NCBI GenBank assembly: GCA_051294375.1
Contig: JBJCIZ010000056.1
Span: 1 to 8,243 of the forward strand
Direction of reading: 5' to 3'
DNA: 8,243 nucleotides
Origin: Paraspadella gotoi
Lineage: Eukaryota; Animalia; Chaetognatha
Positions 1 through 7,932 of the stretch are shown in pieces. The position numbers and the translations under genes were made by a program. The notes beneath the pieces were generated by a model that was given only the letters and a program-made list of their open reading frames with translations, was not told the DNA's origin and ran no database searches. Positions within the stretch are counted from its first letter, which is position 1. Every line of letters begins with the position of its first letter.

Positions 1-12
1 CATCACATCAGT

Positions 13-117
13 CATTTTGTTATCATTGCATCAATTATTGATTATCATCACGTCAATATTTGGTTATCATTGCATAAATATTTGGTTATCATCGCATCAA
101 TATTTGGTTACCATCGA
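13..117. repeat. ~22-bp minisatellite (consensus ATTTGGTTATCATTGCATCAAT), ~5 units, probably extends left of the window
   Basis: Successive units read directly, e.g. atttggttatcattgcataaat / atttggttatcatcgcatcaat / atttggttaccatcg. Confidence 0.85.
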
Positions 118-429
118 AAGCTGGTTCGATCCTTATGCTTTTAAGATTTTTTTACTTCATTTTCTCTCTCTCTAAAAAATGAAGAAAAGTGTGAATTTTA
201 TCAAGGATATGATGCGCTTTCATAAACGGAAGTGGCCGGAAGAGGGCGATATAGTAGGATCAGTGATATCAGTAATGCAGAATATTTCATGTAATGTCTG
301 CTTGTTTCAAATGAAACTTTGCAGAGTAGTGATCAATAATAAGATGTTTGTTATACATAAATATCTTACTTATGTAGTCATGTGATCACAGGGAAATACA
401 CGTAAAAAGAAAGTCATTGCAGCGCAACG

Positions 430-497
430 CATCATGTGGATTTGAACCCGAGACAGCTCATCCACAAGTATTTGCTCAGCTCACGTCGCCACTCTAT
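430..497 (-). pseudogene. degenerate tRNA-derived fragment (SINE head-like)
   Basis: Minus strand reads ...gagtggcgacgtgagc...tctcgGGTTCAAATCCac; canonical Pol III B box at 438-448; T-rich tract downstream (~405-412). No full cloverleaf. Confidence 0.4.
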
Positions 498-1440
498 AGA
501 TATTTTTATTTGTTAGAACCTTTAATAGCTTAAATGTTTTACTTGTTTTAACTTTTGTTTTATCAAACAAATGATCAACTCTAATCATCAGTAAATAGCT
601 GATTCATAAGTTTCATCTCCATCTAGCTTAGAATCCGATTTTCAAAGATAACAAATAATTAACAACTGACTTCAAATCTCAGCAGTTATTAATTTATTTA
701 TTACTCTCCGTTATCGTCTTATATTTTACTGAGTCTTTAATTAATTACATAATTGATTGATTGTTTGTTCATGTAGATATTCAGATTTCTTGCTGGCAAA
801 AGTACTATGAATATCTATATTCTTTGATTATTTTATTAAGGTCACATCTTATTACATTAACCAAGTAAGTTGGTTACATTGAACTTATACCTCAAAGCTG
901 ATAAACTTTGCCTACGCCACGAGCGTCGATGTAGCGCCTGTTTCTTTCTTTCTTTCTTTTTTCTTTCTATGACTATCGTCAACTCTACTAAAGTGTTGTA
1001 CACAATAAAAAGAAAAAGAAATGGAAATGATTTTGAATGGAAAAACATAAGTCACATTTAGTTTAATCTTTTTACTAATTTAACATATAATTACACAAAT
1101 TAATCATAATTAGATGGATAGATTGAGATAAAATTTTGTGTTTGGGTAGGAAAGTGTGTGATTGTGTTAAATATAAAGTTTCGATGGAATGTGCAAGTGG
1201 AAAAGAGTTTAGGTAGAAAAAACAAGTCATATTTACCTAAACCTTTTTTAATTATTTTATTTTTTCAGAATTTCATAGATTAACTGATATAAAATTTTGT
1301 GTGTGGGTAAGAAAGTGAGTCATTAAGCTCGCTAAAAGTTTGAATGGAATGTGCAAGTAAAAATGAGTTTTAATAGAACAAGAAGCGGATAATTCAAAAA
1401 TGTGTTGTGCCGCAGTGTCTGCCTTATCACGTATATTTTT

Positions 1441-1497
1441 CATGACATGACATGCAGGACGTAATATGACATGATCTGACATAACATAACTTCATGA
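1441..1497. repeat. degenerate (CATGA/CATAA)n pentanucleotide repeat
   Basis: catgacatgacatgcaggacgtaatatgacatgatctgacataacataacttcatga. Confidence 0.7.
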
Positions 1498-1651
1498 ATA
1501 CAATAACTTTCTTAACCCATATATTTAGGACCTGCACTGCATCAAAATTTCATCTTTTATTCCTTTTAGTTTTAGGATTTTCTGAAGCTGGCGCTTGCAG
1601 TCTTTTAGATTTCAGGTTTTTTTCTGTCTGAACAAATGAGCAACCAAGTGG

Positions 1652-1699
1652 GACAGACTGACGAACAGACATACTGACCAACGGACTGACCGACCGACA
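1652..1699. repeat. (GACN)n tetranucleotide microsatellite, DINE-1-type (GTCY)n on minus strand
   Basis: gacagactgacgaacagacatactgaccaacggactgaccgaccgaca. Confidence 0.8.
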
Positions 1700-1827
1700 A
1701 GTGACTTATAGAGCTGTTCCGCGAGTACTCACGGCGCAACTAAAAAACAAAAGTAACATTTACTGAATTTTATTAAAGTCTCCCTCTATCTCTTTCTTAT
1801 TCTCACAGATAAAATTGAGACGACTTA

Positions 1828-2329
1828 CTATCTAGGAAAAAAAAGTTATATAACATATCATTCTTATTTATTTAATAAAAAGTACACAAAACTTGGGTAA
1901 AACATTCTTAATATTTGGTATGCCCTTTCTTGCATCGAGTACTGCCTGCATTCGTCTGGGTATGCTCTCATACAGCAAATTGAGTATCAGTGAAACATTT
2001 TTTTACATCTTAACACCAATTATTTTCAGACCCGATATTGATGTTGACACTATCTTTCCCAAAAAAAGGTGCAAATGCAATTAAAAAATAAATAACTAAA
2101 TACCAAAAATGGAGGAAAACTAAATATGATTTTTTTCGTCATTTTTCATTTGAAATAACAATATTTATTGGCCTGTAACTTCTAAATGATTTGACCTACA
2201 AAAAAATGAAAGGAAGCTACTGAAAGGAAATTCAATGTAGATCCGGAAACATTCTAATTTTTTAAAATCATACAAAATTTCGAATAGATATCCTTTATTA
2301 AAAATGTTATATACTTTTTTCCTAGATAG
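1828..2329 (-). mobile_element. internally deleted Tc1-family element (MITE-like, ~500 bp) with TIRs and TA target duplication
   Basis: Left ta|CTATCTAGGAAAAAAAAGTTATATAACAT (1828-1856); right ATGTTATATACTTTTTTCCTAGATAG|ta (2304-2329); TA at 1826-27 and 2330-31; contains a Tc1 transposase C-terminal remnant. Confidence 0.85.
1908..1984 (-). pseudogene. Tc1 transposase C-terminal remnant
   Basis: Minus strand translates LNLLYESIPRRMQAVLDAR, then after one frameshift GHTKY*, matching the conserved Tc1 ending (SMPRRxxAVIxAKGGxTKY*). Confidence 0.85.
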
Positions 2330-2482
2330 TAACATCTGGCCCATAATTATTGAGACGGCTTCCGGGGCCTGTAGACGGCGTCCAGGACGCCGTAGAAAGC
2401 TCCTTTTTTTTTAAAATAAAGCCTAGGATGTTTGTCGACCAAACTGTGAATTTTTTTTTTTATCGGCCTGCGCGTTTTCAAG

Positions 2483-2745
2483 ATGCAGTCAATTTCCTCT
2501 GAAGCGCGCCGTCAAGTCATTGCCCAATTCTACCAAAATCATGAACAAGAAGGAACAGCATTTACTTTACAGTATTTTTTGAAGCTAAATGTTAGCCATC
2601 CATCTATATATCGCGTAATACAAAGAGTAAAGTTTGGATACTCTCAAACACAAAAAAGGCGCAGGGCGGCCAAGAAAACTCACGGGCACCGTTGACACTC
2701 CAGACAGATCGACCTGAAGCAAACTTGAACGCGCAGAAAGAGCGT
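2483..2745 (+). pseudogene. N-terminal DNA-binding (HTH) stub of an IS630/Tc1/mariner-superfamily transposase, copy 1
   Basis: MQSISSEARRQVIAQFYQNHEQEGTAFTLQYFLKLNVSHPSIYRVIQRVKFG then, in a shifted frame, KKGAGRPRKLT (GRPRK linker); no catalytic domain; sequence switches to gypsy pol near 2746. Confidence 0.75.
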
Positions 2746-3195
2746 AAGGACATCGCCGCCACCATCGACGCCGACGGCGCCCTCCAAGTCAACTTTGAGG
2801 CAATGGCGGCTGATCAAGCCACTGACGACGATGTCCAGCGGCTCCTCAACGATCCTCATACGGCGCTCCGTCTCAAAACTGTCCCGATCAGCAACACAAA
2901 GCTCATTTGTGATGTCTCCGGCTCCCAAGCACGCCCACTCATTCCAGCGTTATGGCGCCGGCGTGTTTTCGACGCCACCCATGGCATCGCTCACCCGGGA
3001 GTTCGCGCATCCAAAAGGCTCGTGACGACGCGCTTCTTATGGTCATCAGCCTCATTCGACATCGCACGATGGGCAGCGTCATGCGACACTTGTCAGCGCG
3101 CCAAGACGCAGCGCCATGTCCGCGCCCCTCTCCAAAGCTTCAAACCACCATCTAGACGTTTTGCACACGTGCATATTGACCTAGTGGGGCCGCTG
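2746..3195 (+). mobile_element. Ty3/gypsy pol fragment: pre-integrase linker, integrase HHCC zinc finger, start of catalytic core (cut by gap), copy 1
   Basis: Open frame ...LICDVSGSQARPLIP...VFDATHGIAHPGVRAS...RFLW...CDTCQRAK...RFAHVHIDLVGPL: H-x3-H / C-x2-C and first catalytic Asp; GC-rich relative to flanks. Confidence 0.92.
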
Positions 3196-3220
3196 NNNNN
3201 NNNNNNNNNNNNNNNNNNNN
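3196..3220. other. assembly gap (25 N)
   Basis: Run of exactly 25 N. Confidence 0.99.
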
Positions 3221-3244
3221 ACAAACCACCCCCAAGAGAGCAAG

Positions 3245-3752
3245 ACTTTTCTTGGCCATCCGGACGTACTGCACTGCATCGTCTGGGCCATCTTCATACA
3301 GAAATCTGAGGTCAATGACAGTGGAACATTCCATCTAACATCTTTAACTCCGCATCTCATTATTAGAGTCATTGCAGATATTGCATATCTTATTCCTCTT
3401 CTTTTCTAAAAAGTATAATAGCAACTTTTTTAGAAGCCAAAGTTAGGTGCAAGGCTTATAGACATTGCCAATCGTTACAAACAATGAAAAAATATAACTC
3501 TATTCGCAAATAAAAATAAAATAACTAAATAGCCAAAATGAGAGGAAAACTAAATATGATTTTTTGTCGATCATTTTTCATTGAAATAACAATATTTATT
3601 GGCCTGTCTTCTATGATTTGCCTCACAATGAAGGAGCTACTGAAAGGAAATTCAATGTAGAATCCAGCGAAACATTCATAATTTTTTAAAAATCATACAA
3701 ATTTACGAATAGATATCCTTTAATTAAAAATGTTTATTTTATTTCTAGATAG
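3245..3752 (-). mobile_element. second, indel-rich partial copy of the Tc1-derived element
   Basis: 3245-3310 aligns to 1925-1984; 3506-3754 aligns to ~2077-2331 including the right TIR end ctagatag|ta. Confidence 0.8.
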
Positions 3753-4066
3753 TAACATCTGGCCCATAATTATTGAGACGGCGCTTCCGGTGGCCTGTAG
3801 ACGGCGTCCAGCGACGCCGTAGGAAAGCTCCTTTTTTTTTAAATAAGCCTAGGATGTTTGTCGACGCGAAACACTCGTGAATTTTTTTTAGTCGGATCTG
3901 CTTATACCAGCAGATCCCGACTCTAATAAACCACTTTTTATAACCTACACTTTTATCGTACCGATCGTCCGCCCCCTCAATATTTGTCGGGCACACACAT
4001 TAATATCATAAGTCAGAACATCCGAGATTCATCGATAAATTCATGCAAAAAAATCGATGATCCGTA

Positions 4067-4110
4067 CCGTTCGTCTGTCTGTCCGTCCGTCCGTCGTCCG
4101 CCGTGCCGTC
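4067..4110 (+). repeat. (GTCY)n microsatellite of the HINE
   Basis: ccgttcgtctgtctgtccgtccgtccgtcgtccgccgtgccgtc. Confidence 0.85.
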
Positions 4111-4154
4111 CACCTTACAAAAAACACCAATTAACTCCCGTATTGGAATGGGAT

Positions 4155-4735
4155 GGATAAATGAAAATTTGTGTGTGGATAGGTAAGTGTGTGATTGAAG
4201 CTGGATATGAAGTTTTCCGATGGAATCCGTCCGAGTGGAAATGAGTTTAAACTGGAAAAAAACAAAAAAAAATATATTCACTATTTGAAACACCAATTGC
4301 TCATGAAGTGGAATGGGCCTGATTGACCTAGGAATTTTGTAATGTGGGTAGGAAAGTGGTGTGATTGAAACAGGAAATCAAGTTCGATTGGAATAAGTTT
4401 GAGTGGAAATGGAGTTTAATATGGAAAAAAACAAAAACCCTTGGTTTTAACTAATTGATTATGCTTCTTTTTCTTTTATATAAATGTATCTGCAGGATGT
4501 ATTAATAAATCAAATAATTAATCAGTAATTAATCAATTAGTAACTAAATTAATCAATAATTAATGTAATTAGTCAATCAACAATCCGTCCATCCGTCCAT
4601 CGGTTAGCAATAAGCTCCAATAACTCGTGATTGGCTGGTTGGATTGGAATTAAAATTTTGTTGTGTGGGTAGAAAGTGTGTGATAAAGCTGGATATAAAA
4701 ATTTCGAGTGAGAATCAGTGTGAGTGAAAATTAGT
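4155..4735 (+). repeat. three copies of the ~100-bp core repeat inside the HINE
   Basis: aaattt(t)gt..gtgggtaggaaagtgtgtgattgaagctggatat..agttt.gatggaat...gagtggaaatgagttt at ~4164-4265, ~4333-4435, ~4652-4735. Confidence 0.8.
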
Positions 4736-4744
4736 AATAGGAAT

Positions 4745-4877
4745 TGATTATTGATTCGATGATAATCAATTATTGATCGATGATAGTGCCATTCACTGCT
4801 GTGATGATAGTCATTTAGTGATGCCGATGATTGTCCCATTCATTGAATTCGATGATTGTCATTCAGTTGAATGCGAG
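4745..4877. repeat. ~21-22-bp minisatellite (~6 units) inside the HINE
   Basis: Units such as attgattcgatgataatcaatt / attgaattcgatgattgtcattc; reverse complement resembles the 13-117 array. Confidence 0.7.
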
Positions 4878-4920
4878 GAAATAGTCAAATAAAAACAAAC
4901 CAAATGCGTGTATGAGTGGA

Positions 4921-4921
4921 A

Positions 4922-4954
<33 letters not shown>

Positions 4955-5290
4955 AGAGAGAGAGAGAAAGAAAGAGAGAGAGAGAGAGGAAAGAAAGAGA
5001 AATAAATCACGAAAAATCTTCGGATGAAAAATATGGGATTTATTGTATTGAAAAAAGCGCGGAATAAATGGCAATAATAAAAAGTTTTAGAAGGAAAAAA
5101 AATAATCAGAATTTTTCAAAAACAAACGAATCAACGCCAAAGAATTCGGACAGATAGGGACAGAATCACACAGAGAGACAGAGAGAACAGAGAGAGAGGA
5201 GAGAAAAAAGAGAGAGAGACAGCCGCTGCAGAGAAAAAAGAGAAAGAGAAAGAGGGATTATAATCATCTAAAATGAGAGAGAGAGAGAGA
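4921..5290. repeat. (GA)n-rich microsatellite blocks
   Basis: GA runs at 4921-5000, 5170-5255, 5275-5290; another at ~5467-5505. Confidence 0.9.
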
Positions 5291-5346
5291 AAGCCTCTAA
5301 CAGCCCGCTTTACACCATCGTTAAAGAATCAAGCAGTACTTATGGC

Positions 5347-5416
5347 GCCGCACGTAGCGTGCAGCTAGTCTTCTTTTAACCCAATAGGACCCGGGTTCGC
5401 GCCCCTGTTCGCGGCA
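5347..5416 (+). pseudogene. tRNA-like (Lys-UUU-like) degenerate sequence
   Basis: GCCGC...GCGGCA acceptor-like ends, CTTTTAA loop (5373-5379), B box GGTTCGCGCCC followed by CTGTTCG as in the tRNA-Lys(UUU) 3' half, then TTTTTT (5419-5424). D arm poorly formed. Confidence 0.5.
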
Positions 5417-5909
5417 TCTTTTTTACATAGTGAACCCCACATATATCTAAAAAATTTTTGTAAAAAAAGAGAGAGAGAGAGAAGAGAAGAGAGAGAGAGA
5501 AAGAAGCTGGACAGACGCTTGAGAGCGCGGAACTCGTTTTTAGAAGAAGACAGTGACGGAAGAAAAGAGAAGAGAGCGAATAATAATTAAAACGTTTTTG
5601 TTTTGAAATAAAACATAAACAAATACAAATATTGATATGAAACATGAGAAATTTAAAGATCTTGATGATTAAAGCCATATATGAAAATTCAACTCCCTAA
5701 TGATATCACACTTTTCAGAAGCCATCGATTGCAAAAAAAGCGAGAACCGAAAGCTAAACCGAAAAAAAAATCTAGACAGGACGGGCTTGTGCCCCCGCCT
5801 GGCTGCGATAATAGAGGATATTTGTTTGTTTTGATTAAAAATGAAACAAAAACATTTAATAACTGTCTGACTCATTTTAAGGACATCGATGATGACAAGC
5901 TGAAAATAT

Positions 5910-6011
5910 AAATTATAAATTAATCTATTTAATTAATTAATTAATCTATGTAATTAATTAATTAATCTATCAATTAATTAATTAATTAAATCAATAAATT
6001 AATTAATTAAT
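5910..6011. repeat. (TTAA/TCAA/TCTA)n low-complexity palindromic tract
   Basis: aattaattaattaatctatgtaattaattaattaatctatcaattaattaattaattaa...; similar tract at ~4500-4575. Confidence 0.85.
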
Positions 6012-6075
6012 CGTAGGCAGATCCGACATTGTTTGCTCCCAAACTTGGTTTTTTATCGGCCTGCGCGTTTTCAAG

Positions 6076-6355
6076 ATGCGTCAATTTCCTCTGAAAGCGC
6101 GCCGTCAAAGCTCATTGCCCAATTCTACCAAAAATCAATGAACAAGAAGGAACAGCATTTTACTTTACAGTATTTTTTGAAGCTAAATGTTAGCCATCCA
6201 TCTTCATATATCAGCGTAATACAAGGAGTAAAGTTTGGAATACCTCCTCAAAACAAAAAAAGGCGCAGGGCGGCCAAGAAAACTCACGGGCACACGTTGA
6301 CACTTACCAGACAGATCGACTCTGAAGCGAAACTTGAACGCGCAGAAAGGAGCGT
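6076..6355 (+). pseudogene. transposase N-terminal stub, copy 2
   Basis: Aligns to 2483-2745 with many single-base indels; retains FTLQYFLKLNVSHPS, GAGRPRKLT, LKRNLNAQKGA. Confidence 0.75.
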
Positions 6356-7886
6356 AAGGAAACACTCGCCGCCACCAATCGACGCGGACGGCGCCCTCGC
6401 AAGTGCGCAAACTTTTGAGGCAATGCGGCTGATCAAGCCACGTGACGACGCATGTCCAGCGGCTCCTCAACGATCCTCATACGGGCGCTCCGCTCCTCAA
6501 AACTGTCCGATCAAGCAACACAAAAGCTCATTTGTGATGTCTCCGGCTCCCAAGCACGCCCACATCATTCCCCAGCGCTTATGGCGACGGCGTGTTTTCG
6601 ACGCAAACCCATGGCATCGCTCACGCGACCCGGCGGAGTTTTCGCGCATCCAAAAGGCTGCGTGACGACGCGCTTCTTATGGTCATCAGCCTCATTCGAC
6701 ATCGCACGATGGGACAGCGTCATGCGACACTTGTCAGCGCGCCAAAGACGCAGCGCCAATGTCCGCGCCCCTCTCCAAAGCTTCAAACCACCATCTAGAC
6801 GTTTTTGCACAACGTGCATATTGACCCTAGTGGGGGCCGCCTGCCCAGCCGTCTCCCGGTTCACACTCATACATTCTGACGATGATTGAATCGATTCACG
6901 TGCTGGCCAGTAAGCGGCACCACTTTTTTATCGAGATGTCTTCGCTGCCTCCGTCGCCGCCCGCCATTTTCTACAAAATTGGTTTCGCGTCTTCGGCGTC
7001 CCTTCCGTCGTCAACCGACCGATCGTGCGCCACAGTTCACGTCTGACTAATGGCGCCAAGTGGCGGTGGTAGTTGGCTTGACCCTTCCACGACGACCGCC
7101 TACCACCACCAGTCCAATGGGATGGTCGAAACGCCTTCATCGGATGCTAAAAGTGGTGCTCCATGCCCGCTGCGACGCCGCCGGTGAACAAAACTGGCTG
7201 GTGCAGTTGCCATGGACTCTTTTGAGTCTCCCGCGCAAACTCACAAAAGATTCGGAACATCTCTCCCCGCCGAATTAACGCTGGGTGAGAACGCTGACGC
7301 TCCCTGGTGAGCTAACTTCCGTCCCGAACAACCGAGCGTTGATGCCGCCGCCGCCGCATCACGAATCCTCGACAACCTCCGAGCAATGTCGCCCTCGATG
7401 CAGGCCTCTGCCGCCGCATGGCATGCGGCGTCCAGCCTTCATCAATGTTCCGGAAACGCTCGCTGACGCCATCGCGTCTGTCCCGATGTGACGGACACTC
7501 GACGCCGCTCCAGCCGCCTTAACGACGCCCTTACAACATCCTCGAACATAGGCCCAAAAACTTTCAAAATCAAGGTACGGGCCCGCGGCGTCGAAGTGAT
7601 CTCCGTCGACCGACTGAAACCTGCTGTCACCGACGAAGCCGCTCTTCCTGAACCACCGCAGGCACGCCCACGAGGTCGCCCGCATCGCACTTCAGTAGCG
7701 GCTCCAACCGTTGTCAATGATCAAGTCGCACCGCCTCCGGAAACAGAAGCGGCGCCTCTCGCGTTTTCCACGACGCCCCAAATTGCTTGTCAACAATCAT
7801 CATCAATCCCCAGTCTGTTTAACGTCCTTCCAACGATGCTTCAACCACCGGAAGATGACGACGAAAACGATGACGCAGCTCATTAA
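6356..7886 (+). pseudogene. Ty3/gypsy integrase region (HHCC, DDE core, GPY/F C-terminal domain), frameshifted as assembled
   Basis: 6356-6840 aligns to 2746-3195; across frames: ILTMIDRFTCWP-like, FGVPSVV, TDRxPQFTS, TTAYHxQSNGMVERLHRMLK, NWLVQLPWTLLSL, SPAEL, LTLPGEL, PLQPPYDGPY-like (~7506-7535), ISVDRLKPA; last frame stops at 7886. Confidence 0.9.
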
Positions 7887-7920
7887 CTTCTCTCAAACTC
7901 AATAACCCAGTCAAAGGCTT

Positions 7921-7930
7921 GGTGGGGGGA
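7921..7930 (+). promoter_or_regulatory. polypurine tract (PPT) of the LTR retrotransposon
   Basis: GGTGGGGGGA between the integrase stop and TG at the LTR start. Confidence 0.8.
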
Positions 7931-7932
7931 TG

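Larger units (their letters stand above)
1377..1741 (-). mobile_element. short non-autonomous Helentron/DINE-1-like element (HINE), ~365 bp
   Basis: Minus strand: T-run, 5' hairpin AGTTGCGCCGTGAGTACTCGCGGAACAGCT (1712-1741), (GTCN)n microsatellite (1652-1699), inverted copy of the 5' motif at 1404-1415 (gttgtgccgcag), end CTTGTT (1377-1382). Removing it restores the host repeat unit; no TSD. Confidence 0.7.
1021..1770 (+). repeat. relic array of a ~100-bp core repeat (one partial + two units, period ~160-180 bp); last unit split by an insertion
   Basis: aaaattttgtgt.tgggta.gaaagtg.gt...tggaatgtgcaagt..aaa.gagttt...tagaaaaaacaa at ~1130-1235 and ~1291-1376/1742-1765; 3' part alone at 1021-1060. 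The same motif occurs three times at 4155-4735. Confidence 0.75.
3890..6050 (+). mobile_element. non-autonomous Helentron/DINE-1-like element (HINE), ~2.16 kb
   Basis: 5' hairpin AGTCGGATCTGCT-tatacc-AGCAGATC(C)CGACT (3890-3922); 3' subterminal inverted repeat TAGGCAGATCCGAC (6014-6027); 3' stem-loop GTTTG-ctcc-CAAAC (6031-6044); (GTCY)n near the 5' end; T-runs on both sides; absent from the homologous site at 2451-2461. Confidence 0.85.

Noticed and set aside
13-117. CRISPR-like array
   Set aside because: Head-to-tail units without unique spacers, no cas genes, eukaryotic context.
122-132. Isolated B-box GGTTCGATCC
   Set aside because: No upstream A box or cloverleaf; the minisatellite lies directly upstream.
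870-927. Minus-strand GCTCGTGGCGTAGG A-box-like motif
   Set aside because: The downstream B box is too degenerate to call a tRNA or SINE.
179-1482. Short ORFs 179-385, 857-1048, 870-1061, 1273-1482
   Set aside because: AT-rich, low-complexity translations with no recognisable motif; some overlap repeats.
1809-1825. ataaaattgagacgact resembling 2343-2360 as a long TSD
   Set aside because: Imperfect, and the right copy is offset from the MITE end; TA explains the target duplication.
5770-5803. GC-rich hairpin next to CTAG on the minus strand (Helitron end or terminator)
   Set aside because: Imperfect stem, CTAG followed by A rather than T, and it lies in error-prone sequence.
3745-5911. ORFs within or overlapping the HINE (e.g. 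4006-4296, 4859-5074, 5376-5678, 5681-5911)
   Set aside because: Translations of microsatellites and repeats; no Rep or helicase motifs.
6033-7905. Many overlapping ORFs as separate genes
   Set aside because: They are frameshifted pieces or antisense shadows of one transposase stub and one gypsy integrase.
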